From Methanobacteriota archaeon (lineage in GTDB: Archaea > Thermoplasmatota > Poseidoniia > Poseidoniales > Thalassarchaeaceae): a stretch of DNA of 64,000 bases. Shown in pieces: positions 44,290-52,654 of this stretch; within the stretch, counting starts at the first letter, position 1, and every line of letters starts with the position of its first letter. Position numbers and translations under genes: made by a program. Where the stretch lies: NCBI GenBank assembly GCA_002716085.1, contig PAYZ01000019.1:11649-75648 (forward strand), in the 5' to 3' direction. The notes below the pieces were generated by a model. That model worked only from the letters and a program-made list of their open reading frames with translations, was not told the DNA's origin and made no database searches.

Positions 44290-44688
44290 ATGGCATCTGT
44301 AAATCACATTGGCATTGCCACCAAATCACTAGATGAATCACAAATTATCTGGGATGCTTTGGGCTTCTCCCACAGCCATGACGAACTCGTTGAAGAGCAG
44401 GGTGTTAAGGTTAGGTATATGAGAGGTGAATCCCTTACCACTATAGAGCTCTTAGAGCCACTTTCAGTCGAATCTCCGGTTGGTAGATTCATCTCAAAAC
44501 GAGGTCCTGGTATTCAGCAGATAGCAATAAACGTCGATGATATCGAGTCAAAAATAGAACATCTGAAATCAATCGGAATCAAAATGATCAATGAAGAGCC
44601 CATTACTGGAACAAATGGCCATAGAATAGCTTTCATTCATCCTTCTTCTTGCCAAGGTGTACTTATCGAACTTGTAGAATCTAAGTGA
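44290..44688 (+). CDS. methylmalonyl-CoA epimerase (VOC/glyoxalase fold)
   Basis: 132-aa ORF whose ATG abuts the mutase stop. Contains 'VNHIGIAT', 'IELLEP', 'GPGIQQIAINVDDI' and 'AFIHP....GVLIELVE'. Confidence 0.88.
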   Translation: MASVNHIGIATKSLDESQIIWDALGFSHSHDELVEEQGVKVRYMRGESLTTIELLEPLSVESPVGRFISKRGPGIQQIAINVDDIESKIEHLKSIGIKMINEEPITGTNGHRIAFIHPSSCQGVLIELVESK

Positions 44689-44722
44689 GAACCATCAAAA
44701 AGGCACCCTTATTCGACTTTTC

Positions 44723-45025
44723 ATGATTAGTTCTCTAGGTCGTTTTGAAACCGTAAATGGGTCATTAATAGAAGACGTTGAACAAGAGATGAATTACCTT
44801 AGAGATACACTAGAAGTTCTTAGGGCAACTAATGAAATTTCTAACGACGCATTCCTAGAAGCTGGATCAATTCAGGGAGGTTTGTCCGTAATAATTAGCC
44901 TAGTTTCGAATGGCATTTCAGATGAAGAGGCAAATGCCCAACTTCAGAATCTAAAATCAAGAGCAAACTCACTCAATGACAAATATCCGGGCCTAGATGA
45001 AAAAATTGAAAGTAGGAGAATATAA
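44723..45025 (+). CDS. hypothetical protein
   Basis: 100-aa helical ORF. No recognised family. Confidence 0.4.
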   Translation: MISSLGRFETVNGSLIEDVEQEMNYLRDTLEVLRATNEISNDAFLEAGSIQGGLSVIISLVSNGISDEEANAQLQNLKSRANSLNDKYPGLDEKIESRRI

Positions 45026-45045
45026 TACCCTAGTATTATCTCAGT

Positions 45046-45055
45046 AATATTTATC
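45046..45055 (+). promoter_or_regulatory. TATA-like element upstream of the RHH/preQ0 operon
   Basis: AATATTTATC lies about 25-33 nt upstream of the ATG at 45079. Confidence 0.3.
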
Positions 45056-45078
45056 ATCATTTTCCACCAGGATAATTC

Positions 45079-45249
45079 ATGCCTAAAGTAAGTCTAGACA
45101 TGCCATATGAGATTGTAGAGGATCTAAAGGGTCACGTAGGAGATGACAAAAAATTCGTTAGTCTTGCAGATGCAATCAGGACTGCCTGTAGGAAGATGTT
45201 AGATCAGTTAGATGAGATAGACGCCAGGCATGGGAGGCTCGGTGAATGA
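45079..45249 (+). CDS. ribbon-helix-helix (CopG-like) small protein
   Basis: Not in the ORF track (56 aa): MPKVSLDMPYEIVEDLKGHVGDDKKFVSLADAIRTACRKMLDQLDEIDARHGRLGE. It has a beta-strand/helix/helix RHH pattern. Its stop overlaps the folE ATG (ATGA). Confidence 0.55.
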   Translation: MPKVSLDMPYEIVEDLKGHVGDDKKFVSLADAIRTACRKMLDQLDEIDARHGRLGE

Positions 45250-45827
45250 ACGAAAAATATAGAGAAAACGCTGAAAGGGCCGTAGAGATTCTAATTCGAT
45301 ATATTGAGAAATCCGATGGAGGACTCAGGGAGGGCCTAATCAGAACTCCGGAAAGGGTAATCGAATCGTTCGATGAAATATTTTCAGGCTATTCTTTGAA
45401 TGCAGAGGAAATTCTTGACTCAACATTCAATGCAGAGGGATATGATGGAATTGTTCTGCTAAAGGATATGGAATTTCATAGCACGTGTGAGCACCATCTT
45501 CAGCCATTCTCAGGATCAGCTCATATCGCATATATTCCGATTGAAAGAATTGTAGGAATAAGCAAGCTTGCAAGACTATTGGACATGCATTCGAAGAGAT
45601 TGCAGAACCAAGAGCGAATCACACTGTCCATTGCAGATGATCTGGTCAGGGTACTGAAACCACTAGGCTGCGCTGTTATTCTTGAAGCCCAACATGGGTG
45701 CATGAAGTGTAGGGGCGTAAAGAAAAATAACGCTATAATGTCAACTAGCGCTATGAGAGGTGTATTCTTCGAAAATCCGGAGGCTAGGGCAGAGATTCTG
45801 CAGTTAATTCAAGCTAAACGAGCTTAG
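45246..45827 (+). CDS. folE: GTP cyclohydrolase I (FolE type)
   Basis: 193-aa ORF. Contains 'GLIRTPERV', 'FHSTCEHHLQPFSGSAHIAYIP' and 'GISKLARLLDMHSKRLQNQERIT'. Confidence 0.93.
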   Translation: MNEKYRENAERAVEILIRYIEKSDGGLREGLIRTPERVIESFDEIFSGYSLNAEEILDSTFNAEGYDGIVLLKDMEFHSTCEHHLQPFSGSAHIAYIPIERIVGISKLARLLDMHSKRLQNQERITLSIADDLVRVLKPLGCAVILEAQHGCMKCRGVKKNNAIMSTSAMRGVFFENPEARAEILQLIQAKRA

Positions 45828-45837
45828 GGGTGAAGAT

Positions 45838-46434
45838 GTGCAGCAGTATCCTATTGTAGAGATATTTCATTCTGTCCAAGGTGAAGGCTTCCACACTGGA
45901 ATTCCTCATGTATTTGTTCGGTTCGGTAACTGTAACCTTAGGTGTGATTGGTGCGATACGGACTTCATGACATTCGACTTATTGGGAGCAGATGAAATAG
46001 TTAGGAGGGTTATAGAGTATTCATGCAATAGAGTAATTTTCACAGGGGGTGAGCCTGCAATGCAAGACCTATCAACTATAGGGGGGATGCTTAAGGAGAA
46101 TGGCATTCTTCTTTCCATTGAAACAAATGGCACTATCCCTGTGGATCCAGTTATTGATTGGATATGCGTTAGTCCAAAAGACCAGCTTTACCCAAACGTG
46201 CCCATCAAGCAAAGAACTGGGGATGAGCTTAAAGTAGTGTATTGCGGTCAAGATATTTCGATGTACGACGAATTGAAAATGGGCTTCGATCATCATTTCA
46301 TACAACCTTGCTACTTGGAAGAAGAATCAGTCGCAGATAATGGGAAATTATTCAGGTCTGTAGAGGATCTTGTAAAAAATTCTCCAGGATGGCGCCTTAG
46401 TCTACAGACTCATAAATGGATGGGAGTACTATGA
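45838..46434 (+). CDS. queE: 7-carboxy-7-deazaguanine synthase (radical SAM)
   Basis: 198-aa ORF with a GTG start after GGTGA. Contains 'EIFHSVQGEG' and 'CNLRCDWCDT'. Confidence 0.9.
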   Translation: MQQYPIVEIFHSVQGEGFHTGIPHVFVRFGNCNLRCDWCDTDFMTFDLLGADEIVRRVIEYSCNRVIFTGGEPAMQDLSTIGGMLKENGILLSIETNGTIPVDPVIDWICVSPKDQLYPNVPIKQRTGDELKVVYCGQDISMYDELKMGFDHHFIQPCYLEEESVADNGKLFRSVEDLVKNSPGWRLSLQTHKWMGVL

Positions 46435-47210
46435 GGGCAGTCATGTCTCTATCTGGAGGAATGGACAGTACTGCTCTTCTGATTAGATTATTGGCCAAAG
46501 GATACCAAGTCACATGCATTACTTATGACTACGGTCAGAGACATTCTGTCGAGATAGACAGAGCCAGAGAAAATATCGCATATTTCCAAGAATGCGGAAT
46601 AATTGTTGAACACATGGTAATCGATCTGAAATCAGCATTTTCAGCAATAGAATCGGTTCTAACGTGCTCAGAAAAACAAGTCCCAGAGGGGCATTATGAA
46701 TCTGTGCAAATGAAGCAAACGGTTGTTCCGAATAGAAATGCCATATTCTCTTCGATACTGTTTGCTCATGCCCTGAACATCTCTTCAGTTGAGGGGGTAG
46801 AAGTAAAGGTAGCAATGGGCGTACACAGTGGGGATCATGAGATTTACCCTGACTGTAGACCAGAATTTTACGACACTCTAGGTCAATCATTCAACGTAGG
46901 AAACTGGGGGAGTGAGATGGTTTCTTTCTATTTGCCTTACATTGACGGGGACAAGGTTTCTATTCTTACAGATGCACTAGAATCATCAGAAACTCTTGGC
47001 CTTGACTTTGATACAATTTTTATGAATACTAACACATCATATGACCCCGACTCTAGAGGGCGCAGTTCAGGAAAATCTGGCTCCGACGTGGAGAGAGTGC
47101 TTGCTTTCCAAAGAATTGGTAGAATTGATCCAGTTGAGTATGTAGATGGTTGGGAATCGACACTAAAATACGCTTTAGATTTGAAGGAAACTCATGAGGC
47201 GTCAAAATGA
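46431..47210 (+). CDS. queC: 7-cyano-7-deazaguanine synthase (zinc-site cysteines replaced)
   Basis: The ATG at 46431 overlaps the queE stop (ATGA). Contains the PP-loop 'SLSGGMDST', 'YDYGQRH' and 'YPDCRPEF'. Confidence 0.88.
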   Translation: MRAVMSLSGGMDSTALLIRLLAKGYQVTCITYDYGQRHSVEIDRARENIAYFQECGIIVEHMVIDLKSAFSAIESVLTCSEKQVPEGHYESVQMKQTVVPNRNAIFSSILFAHALNISSVEGVEVKVAMGVHSGDHEIYPDCRPEFYDTLGQSFNVGNWGSEMVSFYLPYIDGDKVSILTDALESSETLGLDFDTIFMNTNTSYDPDSRGRSSGKSGSDVERVLAFQRIGRIDPVEYVDGWESTLKYALDLKETHEASK

Positions 47211-47635
47211 GTAGGCTTCCGGAATTTAATCCAGAAATGGATCAGGAGTGGAGATCCAGGCTGTCTGAATTACAATATCACGTTACTAGGGAAGCAGGAA
47301 CCGAGATGCCAAATACAGGAAAGTACTACTTGGAAAATAGGTCCGGTGAATACAAATGTATCTGCTGTGGGCATATTCTATTTTCTTCATCAATGAAATA
47401 TCATTCAGGATGTGGTTGGCCAGCCTTCCACAGTGAACATCCTGATGCTGGTATTACACGTATCCAAGACACCTCATTAGGAATGATTCGGACTGAAGTT
47501 AGATGCGGGTCTTGTGATGCCCACTTAGGCCATGTTTTCGAAGACGGCCCACTTGAATTCGGTGGTGAGAGATATTGCATCAACTCCGCTAGTATGGATT
47601 TTGAGAAGAATGGAGGTGATACTGATGACAACTAG
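47207..47635 (+). CDS. msrB: peptide-methionine (R)-S-oxide reductase
   Basis: 142-aa ORF with an ATGA overlap. Contains 'YHVTREAGTE', 'CICCGHILFSS', 'GCGWPAF', 'CGSCDAHLGHVFEDGP' and 'RYCINS'. Confidence 0.95.
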   Translation: MSRLPEFNPEMDQEWRSRLSELQYHVTREAGTEMPNTGKYYLENRSGEYKCICCGHILFSSSMKYHSGCGWPAFHSEHPDAGITRIQDTSLGMIRTEVRCGSCDAHLGHVFEDGPLEFGGERYCINSASMDFEKNGGDTDDN

Positions 47636-48074
47636 AATCAGGAGATGGGTAGAAACTGATACCGGCCACAGGGTCCCCAATCACAATAGCAAGTGTAGAA
47701 ATTTCCATGGTCACAGGTATAGATGGGAGGCAGAAATTGAAGGAGACTTGGTGTCATTAAAGGGAATCTCAGAAGAGGGAATGGTAATGGATTTCTCTGA
47801 GGTATCAAGAATTCTAAATGAGCAGATCCACGATGTTGTGGATCATTCATTCATAGTATTCGAAGGGGATGATGAAGCCATTAGAGCACTTTCGGAAATT
47901 GGCGACGAACATAGAACTGTGATTGTACCATTTGTCCCTACGGCAGAGAATCTTGCCAAATGGGCTTTCGATAGAGTAGATCCACACATCAAATCATCAT
48001 ACGGGAATAGCATTACTCTACATGCCTTTCATGTAAGGGAGACTCCCAAGTCATGGGCAAGTTGGAGACCATAA
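47625..48074 (+). CDS. queD: 6-carboxy-5,6,7,8-tetrahydropterin synthase (PTPS family)
   Basis: The internal ATG at 47625 is preferred, giving an 11-nt overlap with msrB. Contains 'CRNFHGHRYRWE' and 'MVMDFSE', and the size fits at 149 aa. Confidence 0.85.
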   Translation: MTTRIRRWVETDTGHRVPNHNSKCRNFHGHRYRWEAEIEGDLVSLKGISEEGMVMDFSEVSRILNEQIHDVVDHSFIVFEGDDEAIRALSEIGDEHRTVIVPFVPTAENLAKWAFDRVDPHIKSSYGNSITLHAFHVRETPKSWASWRP

Positions 48075-48116
48075 CACTTCGACACTAATACATAAGGGGC
48101 CCTTTATTGGAAGTCA

Positions 48117-48746
48117 ATGAAGCCAGCAGGCAAACCCACCCGAGATGGTGGTGAGATTTTCATAGTCGACAATAACAAGCCACTAGAACTTCTATCTGTA
48201 TGGATCAATGAGGCCAAAGATAAGGGAATTATTGAGCCAACAGCGATGAGTATTGCAACATTGAATAAATCTGGATTTCCTACAAATAGAATGGTTCTAG
48301 CAAAGTATCTTTATGACGAACAGATAGGGTTCTTCACTAATCTGGAAAGCGATAAATCTCTGGAAATTATCGCTAATAAGAACGTATCTGCTACTTTCTG
48401 GTGGCCAGAGATGGAAAGGCAAGTCAGGATTGAAGGACAAGCAGAACAAATGCCCAGAGAACAAGTAGAAGAGTATCATTCTACCAGACCTAGGAGGAGC
48501 AGGATTGCTGCTTGGGCATCCGATCAGAGCAGGGAGCTTGAATCAATGGAGAATCTTAGGGAGAGATTCTTGCATTATGAATCTAAATTCGAAAATAAAA
48601 TAGTCCCAGCTCCCCCATTCTGGGGAGGTTTCACGATAATGATTAATCGTGTTGAGTACTGGTCTGGAAGGCCTAATAGATTACACGAAAGAGTATCCCT
48701 AACTAGAAATGGTGATTGCTGGTCTGAACAAAGGCTTTTTCCATGA
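48117..48746 (+). CDS. pdxH: pyridoxamine 5'-phosphate oxidase
   Basis: 209-aa ORF. Contains 'RMVLAKY', 'FFTNLESDK', 'FWWPEMERQVRIEG', 'STRPRRSRIAAWAS' and 'VEYWSGRPNRLHER'. Confidence 0.92.
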   Translation: MKPAGKPTRDGGEIFIVDNNKPLELLSVWINEAKDKGIIEPTAMSIATLNKSGFPTNRMVLAKYLYDEQIGFFTNLESDKSLEIIANKNVSATFWWPEMERQVRIEGQAEQMPREQVEEYHSTRPRRSRIAAWASDQSRELESMENLRERFLHYESKFENKIVPAPPFWGGFTIMINRVEYWSGRPNRLHERVSLTRNGDCWSEQRLFP

Positions 48747-48762
48747 CCCAGGAAATTTTCCA

Positions 48763-49512
48763 TTAGTCCTCAAACGAATCAGCAGCTTGTGAAATTACCC
48801 CAATTAGTCTGTGGATTTCATCATCTTTTGGCAACCCTCTCATAATTACTCTAATTATCGTCTCTTCTATCCCCTTTCTTTTGTGCTCCTTTGTAGGCAT
48901 TGCCTGAACAAGGCGACTCACTTCTGACCTCAGAATTGACCTAAGTTTTGGGTCAAGTAGCCTATTTCCTGCGCCTGATGGTATCTGTGTACTAGAATTG
49001 ATGTACCAAGCATAACAGATTATTGAAACAGCATGGCTCAGGTTAAGAATCGGGTAACCTTCCCATGTAGGAATTGTGACTAATAGATCACATTTGGCAA
49101 GCTGGCGGTTTAGAAGGCCCTTTCCTTCGGGTCCAAAAACCAATGCGGCTTTCCCCTCCAACTTATCTAGCCTTTCAGGCAGCTCTTCAGGTAGCAGGAA
49201 GTGCCTAGTCGAAGTCTTTTCACCATCCTCTCTTTTCCCAGAAGTTCCAATTACAATTGAGCAGTCAGATACAGCAGACTCTAGAGATGGGAATGATTTT
49301 GCACTATCCAGAACTTCTTGTGCATTTTTTGCCCTATTCCTAGCCTCAGAAGTCCAATCAGCAGATCTTCCAACAACTCTCAAATCATTTATTCCAAAGT
49401 TTAGGATTGTTCTTGCTACAGCTCCTATGTTGCCATCATGCTCTGGATGAAATAACACCACACATAGGCGTTCCGAGAAGGTAGGAACAATAGATCCCCT
49501 GCGATCCCCCAC
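48763..49512 (-). CDS. SpoU/TrmH-family RNA 2'-O-methyltransferase (TrmJ-like)
   Basis: 249-aa ORF. Contains 'VVLFHPEHDGNIGAVARTILNFG', 'LVFGPEGKGL' and 'IPT....LNLSHAV'. Confidence 0.8.
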   Translation of the reverse strand: MGDRRGSIVPTFSERLCVVLFHPEHDGNIGAVARTILNFGINDLRVVGRSADWTSEARNRAKNAQEVLDSAKSFPSLESAVSDCSIVIGTSGKREDGEKTSTRHFLLPEELPERLDKLEGKAALVFGPEGKGLLNRQLAKCDLLVTIPTWEGYPILNLSHAVSIICYAWYINSSTQIPSGAGNRLLDPKLRSILRSEVSRLVQAMPTKEHKRKGIEETIIRVIMRGLPKDDEIHRLIGVISQAADSFED

Positions 49513-49569
49513 GACATTTCGTATGGGTCATAATTCAAGAAATATCGTAAAGGCGAGTCGTCTTTGAAA

Positions 49570-49761
49570 TCAATCAACTCTTCGCTGCTTATATCTAGTG
49601 ATATATCCTGCTATCCAGTTTCTCATCCTCTTGTTTTCTACATCGGAGAACTCTGTAACAAGGTGCTTGTTGGTTTCAAAGTCATCAGTAAATTGGTCGG
49701 GGTACGTATCAACCAGCCTTAGGGCCCTTGTCTTGATGAATGAAGGCCTGATATTTCCCAT
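49570..49761 (-). CDS. rps17e: 30S ribosomal protein S17e
   Basis: It has the '[17 protein letters not shown]' N-terminus. The ATG at 49761 follows GGAGG, whereas the ORF-track GTG start overlaps the L31e stop. Confidence 0.88.
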   Translation of the reverse strand: MGNIRPSFIKTRALRLVDTYPDQFTDDFETNKHLVTEFSDVENKRMRNWIAGYITRYKQRRVD

Positions 49762-49763
49762 TT

Positions 49764-50027
49764 TCACTCCTCCAGTAGTTTCACTTCAAGAGGAAAACCT
49801 TCCTCTCTCGTACAAACAACCTTGATTTTCCTAGGGGGATGTTGCATCCCTCTAGACCATATAGCATGGTTCACAGCCTCGTCTATCCAAATGTCTTCGT
49901 CTTCTGTCTTTTTCATGTGCCTAGCAACATGATTCCTAACTTCGGCCATCGCCCTTTTGGCCCTATTAGTCCGAGGTACATTCCAAGCCGCTCTAAGTGG
50001 AATAGTAAGCTCTTTTATTTCTGCCAT
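49764..50027 (-). CDS. rpl31e: 50S ribosomal protein L31e
   Basis: 87-aa ORF. Contains '[22 protein letters not shown]' and 'IWSRG...PPRKIKV'. Confidence 0.88.
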   Translation of the reverse strand: MAEIKELTIPLRAAWNVPRTNRAKRAMAEVRNHVARHMKKTEDEDIWIDEAVNHAIWSRGMQHPPRKIKVVCTREEGFPLEVKLLEE

Positions 50028-50031
50028 TATT

Positions 50032-50187
50032 TCACCTCTGGAGCTTGGAACGTCTCCACATGTGCCTCTTTGGATGCGTATTAGTTCTTCTATTAGTCTT
50101 CATAACTACCCAAACTGGAACCCTCTTATTCTGCTTAGTTACCTTGTTCAGCCTCTTCTTCTTAGCAAAGGGCTTATTCCGTGCCAT
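50032..50187 (-). CDS. rpl39e: 50S ribosomal protein L39e
   Basis: Not in the ORF track (51 aa): [51 protein letters not shown]. This is the classic L39e sequence and position, upstream of L31e. Confidence 0.88.
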   Translation of the reverse strand: MARNKPFAKKKRLNKVTKQNKRVPVWVVMKTNRRTNTHPKRHMWRRSKLQR

Positions 50188-50196
50188 ATTTAGTCC

Positions 50197-50667
50197 TCAG
50201 TACCTCTTCAAATCAGGGTATTTCTCTTCAGCCTGAGCTCTGACAGAATGCGCCACCTCATCCAGAAGTTTCTGTCCTTGGGGGCTGACTATTTTGCCCC
50301 TATTGACAGTTCCAGCAGTGTTCATCATGTCACTAACTAATCCTGAATCGGAAAGTTGCTGGAGTAATTTCCTGGATATATTCCTAGAACCAGCTACAGC
50401 TTTGTTTCTCTTGACACCCCTGTCTTTCGAACCTCCAAACTCCTGAGAAATTCTATTTGTCCCGATTGGCCCCTTAATTGCAACCTTCCTTAGGACAGAG
50501 GCAGCTCTTGTATGCCACCAATCTTCCTGAACCGGCGGCCTCTCCCTATGTGTCCCAGTCTTAACGTGAGAAGCCCATTCGGGTGGGTTGATGGTGTCGA
50601 ATGACCTTAGCCGATCAGCAGTTCCCGAAATTAACAGGTCCGCTGGAACGTCGTAATACGTGGTCAT
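50197..50667 (-). CDS. rps19e: 30S ribosomal protein S19e
   Basis: The internal ATG at 50667, after AGGTGA, is preferred. Contains 'YYDVPADLLI', 'PEWASHVKTGTHRERPP', 'DWWHTRAASVLRK' and 'GGSKDRG'. Confidence 0.9.
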   Translation of the reverse strand: MTTYYDVPADLLISGTADRLRSFDTINPPEWASHVKTGTHRERPPVQEDWWHTRAASVLRKVAIKGPIGTNRISQEFGGSKDRGVKRNKAVAGSRNISRKLLQQLSDSGLVSDMMNTAGTVNRGKIVSPQGQKLLDEVAHSVRAQAEEKYPDLKRY

Positions 50668-50702
50668 GGCTTCACCTTGCGTGCCGCCCGTCTTACAGAC
50701 CG

Positions 50703-50709
50703 TATTTAA
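50703..50709 (-). promoter_or_regulatory. TATA-like box upstream of rps19e
   Basis: TTAAATA (minus-strand reading) lies about 36-42 nt upstream of the ATG at 50667. Confidence 0.3.
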
Positions 50710-50793
50710 CCGTGATGTCACGGTTTTCGATACATATTAATTGCATGCCATTATTCGACAAGCATTGAAAAATAGGTTCCTAGTGCAATTGTT

Positions 50794-51588
50794 GTGAAGC
50801 GATCTCTATCCAAGAATCCCAATATGCTGCGCACTATGGTAGGGACCGGTCTAACTCTAATTTTACTTCTTTCTTTTGCAGTATATTCTAACACGGTAGA
50901 CTCTGAGTACTACGAATATACTACTTCTAATGAGGGAAAATATATGCAACTGACTGCTGAAGAGGAAGGAAATTCAGAGTGGTTCTTCACTACAAATGAT
51001 GCAATAACTTGGGTCAACTTTTCAGTCGAAGATGCACCTCCGGGTGCCACTCTAACCGTTGAAGCAGAAGGTACAAATTGGTCTCACTCCCCTAGTCTTG
51101 GCCTTGAGGACCAAGCATACATTTGCAACGAGCCGGATTCTGACTATGAATCCATAATCGAGACATGCGATTACAGTCGAATTCATTCAGTCTACCTCCC
51201 GGAAGGTGATGGGGTACTAAGGGGCCGGGTATCTCTTGATCTTCCAATAAGGGGGAAGGGGTACTTAGAAAGTGCGAATCACGAAACTGCAAGAGAAGAA
51301 TCTGAAAATCTAATTCGTTCTGCGAAGAAAGTAGTTACTTGGAAGATTTCGATAGAGAAAGACGACGAAATCTCTTCAAGTGCTGGCATTCTTATTGAAG
51401 CAGAATACACCACTCACGAGCTTGTAAATACTCAACAATTCCAGCTAGACCCGTTCCAAGAGACCATATACAGCTTTTCAGCGCTAGTGGGATGCTTTTT
51501 CTTGGTTTTAGTAATTCCTCTAATGATATACTTTTCAGCTAGACATAGGGAGAAAGTCAATGAGCAGAAACGCTCATCTGCGGAATAG
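50794..51588 (+). CDS. exported protein with N- and C-terminal TM anchors, unknown function
   Basis: 264-aa ORF with a GTG start. It has the N-terminal TM 'TMVGTGLTLILLLSFAVY' and the C-terminal TM 'FSALVGCFFLVLVIPLMIYF'. Confidence 0.5.
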   Translation: MKRSLSKNPNMLRTMVGTGLTLILLLSFAVYSNTVDSEYYEYTTSNEGKYMQLTAEEEGNSEWFFTTNDAITWVNFSVEDAPPGATLTVEAEGTNWSHSPSLGLEDQAYICNEPDSDYESIIETCDYSRIHSVYLPEGDGVLRGRVSLDLPIRGKGYLESANHETAREESENLIRSAKKVVTWKISIEKDDEISSSAGILIEAEYTTHELVNTQQFQLDPFQETIYSFSALVGCFFLVLVIPLMIYFSARHREKVNEQKRSSAE

Positions 51589-51603
51589 CCAACAAGTGAA
51601 ACT

Positions 51604-51969
51604 CTAATCCTCCTTTGGTTGAGTATTCCAGATAACTTCTTCTTGGTCGAAAATGATTGCGACTAGGCCCTGCTCTACGAATAGAGAAATTGATTTGGCT
51701 ACCCTCTCAGATACTGGCGCTATTGATTCTGCAAACCTGTCATCCATTGCCGAAATAATCTCCAAAAGTGAATTTTCCCCATCCATCAACATCCATAATT
51801 CCGAATTCATTTCGTCAAGAGTCCTACGGACAATTTTGGGCGCTCGAAAAAGCTCCGCAATAATTCTTTCAAATCTCCCCAAATGCTTTTCCTGGAAGAT
51901 TATCACATTCCCATCATCTGTGAATGTCCAATCTACATCATTCCTAGTAGGCAGGGATTCAAGTATCAT
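51604..51969 (-). CDS. PqqD-family (RiPP-recognition-element-like) protein
   Basis: 121-aa ORF. 'LDEMNSELWMLMDGENSLLEIISAMDDRF....ERVAKSISLFVEQGLV' matches the PqqD winged-helix pattern. Confidence 0.6.
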   Translation of the reverse strand: MILESLPTRNDVDWTFTDDGNVIIFQEKHLGRFERIIAELFRAPKIVRRTLDEMNSELWMLMDGENSLLEIISAMDDRFAESIAPVSERVAKSISLFVEQGLVAIIFDQEEVIWNTQPKED

Positions 51970-52028
51970 TTCTAAACACGAATTGAAGCATTATTATTGG
52001 TTCTGGAAGCATAGTAAATATTTACAGG

Positions 52029-52574
52029 TCATCGTCTTAATTTATTGGTATTTGAAACTAAAGATTCGGCCAAACTCGACAGTCTTTCCACTATTGAATA
52101 GTCAATAAGGTTCCCATCGTCGTCGAAGGCCTCTTTGATATGAGGTACAGCCAGCTGTTCCGGTGCCACCCAACCATGGATCCACCTAGCAGCTATCCTC
52201 ATGTGGTTAAGCGTGTTGTTACTCGATTGACCACCTAATGTGCTCATTAGTCCGAAAACCTTGCCAGAAGTGTGTTTGGAATACAACCAGTCCAGGCTGT
52301 TCTTCATTACCCCGCTCATTGTACCATGATATTCTGGGCTTGAAAGAACGAATGCATCCGCGGAAGTAGCCATTTCCTGGAACTCTTTCACATAAGCATC
52401 ATCCCAACTGCCCTCAGCTCCAACAAGTGGAAGGGGCTTAGCTCCATGATCCCAAATCACTGTCCTAGCTCCAAGATTACTACATTCATTAAGTAGAAGC
52501 TCCAACATCCTGCCATTTGCGGAATTTAGATTGTATGTCCCGCAAATGCCCATGATCATTATGTCATCGCTCAT
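52029..52574 (-). CDS. NAD(P)H-dependent FMN reductase family protein
   Basis: 181-aa ORF. It has 'IMGICGT' and 'ADAFVLSSPEYHGTMSGVMKNSLDWL', a flavodoxin-like fold signature. Confidence 0.78.
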   Translation of the reverse strand: MSDDIMIMGICGTYNLNSANGRMLELLLNECSNLGARTVIWDHGAKPLPLVGAEGSWDDAYVKEFQEMATSADAFVLSSPEYHGTMSGVMKNSLDWLYSKHTSGKVFGLMSTLGGQSSNNTLNHMRIAARWIHGWVAPEQLAVPHIKEAFDDDGNLIDYSIVERLSSLAESLVSNTNKLRR

Positions 52575-52654
52575 GGCCCCTTCAAGGGGTCCCCATCTTC
52601 AACTATCCCCATGTTCAGATTTTGCGAACTCTTATCCATTGACCATTTTGCCAA

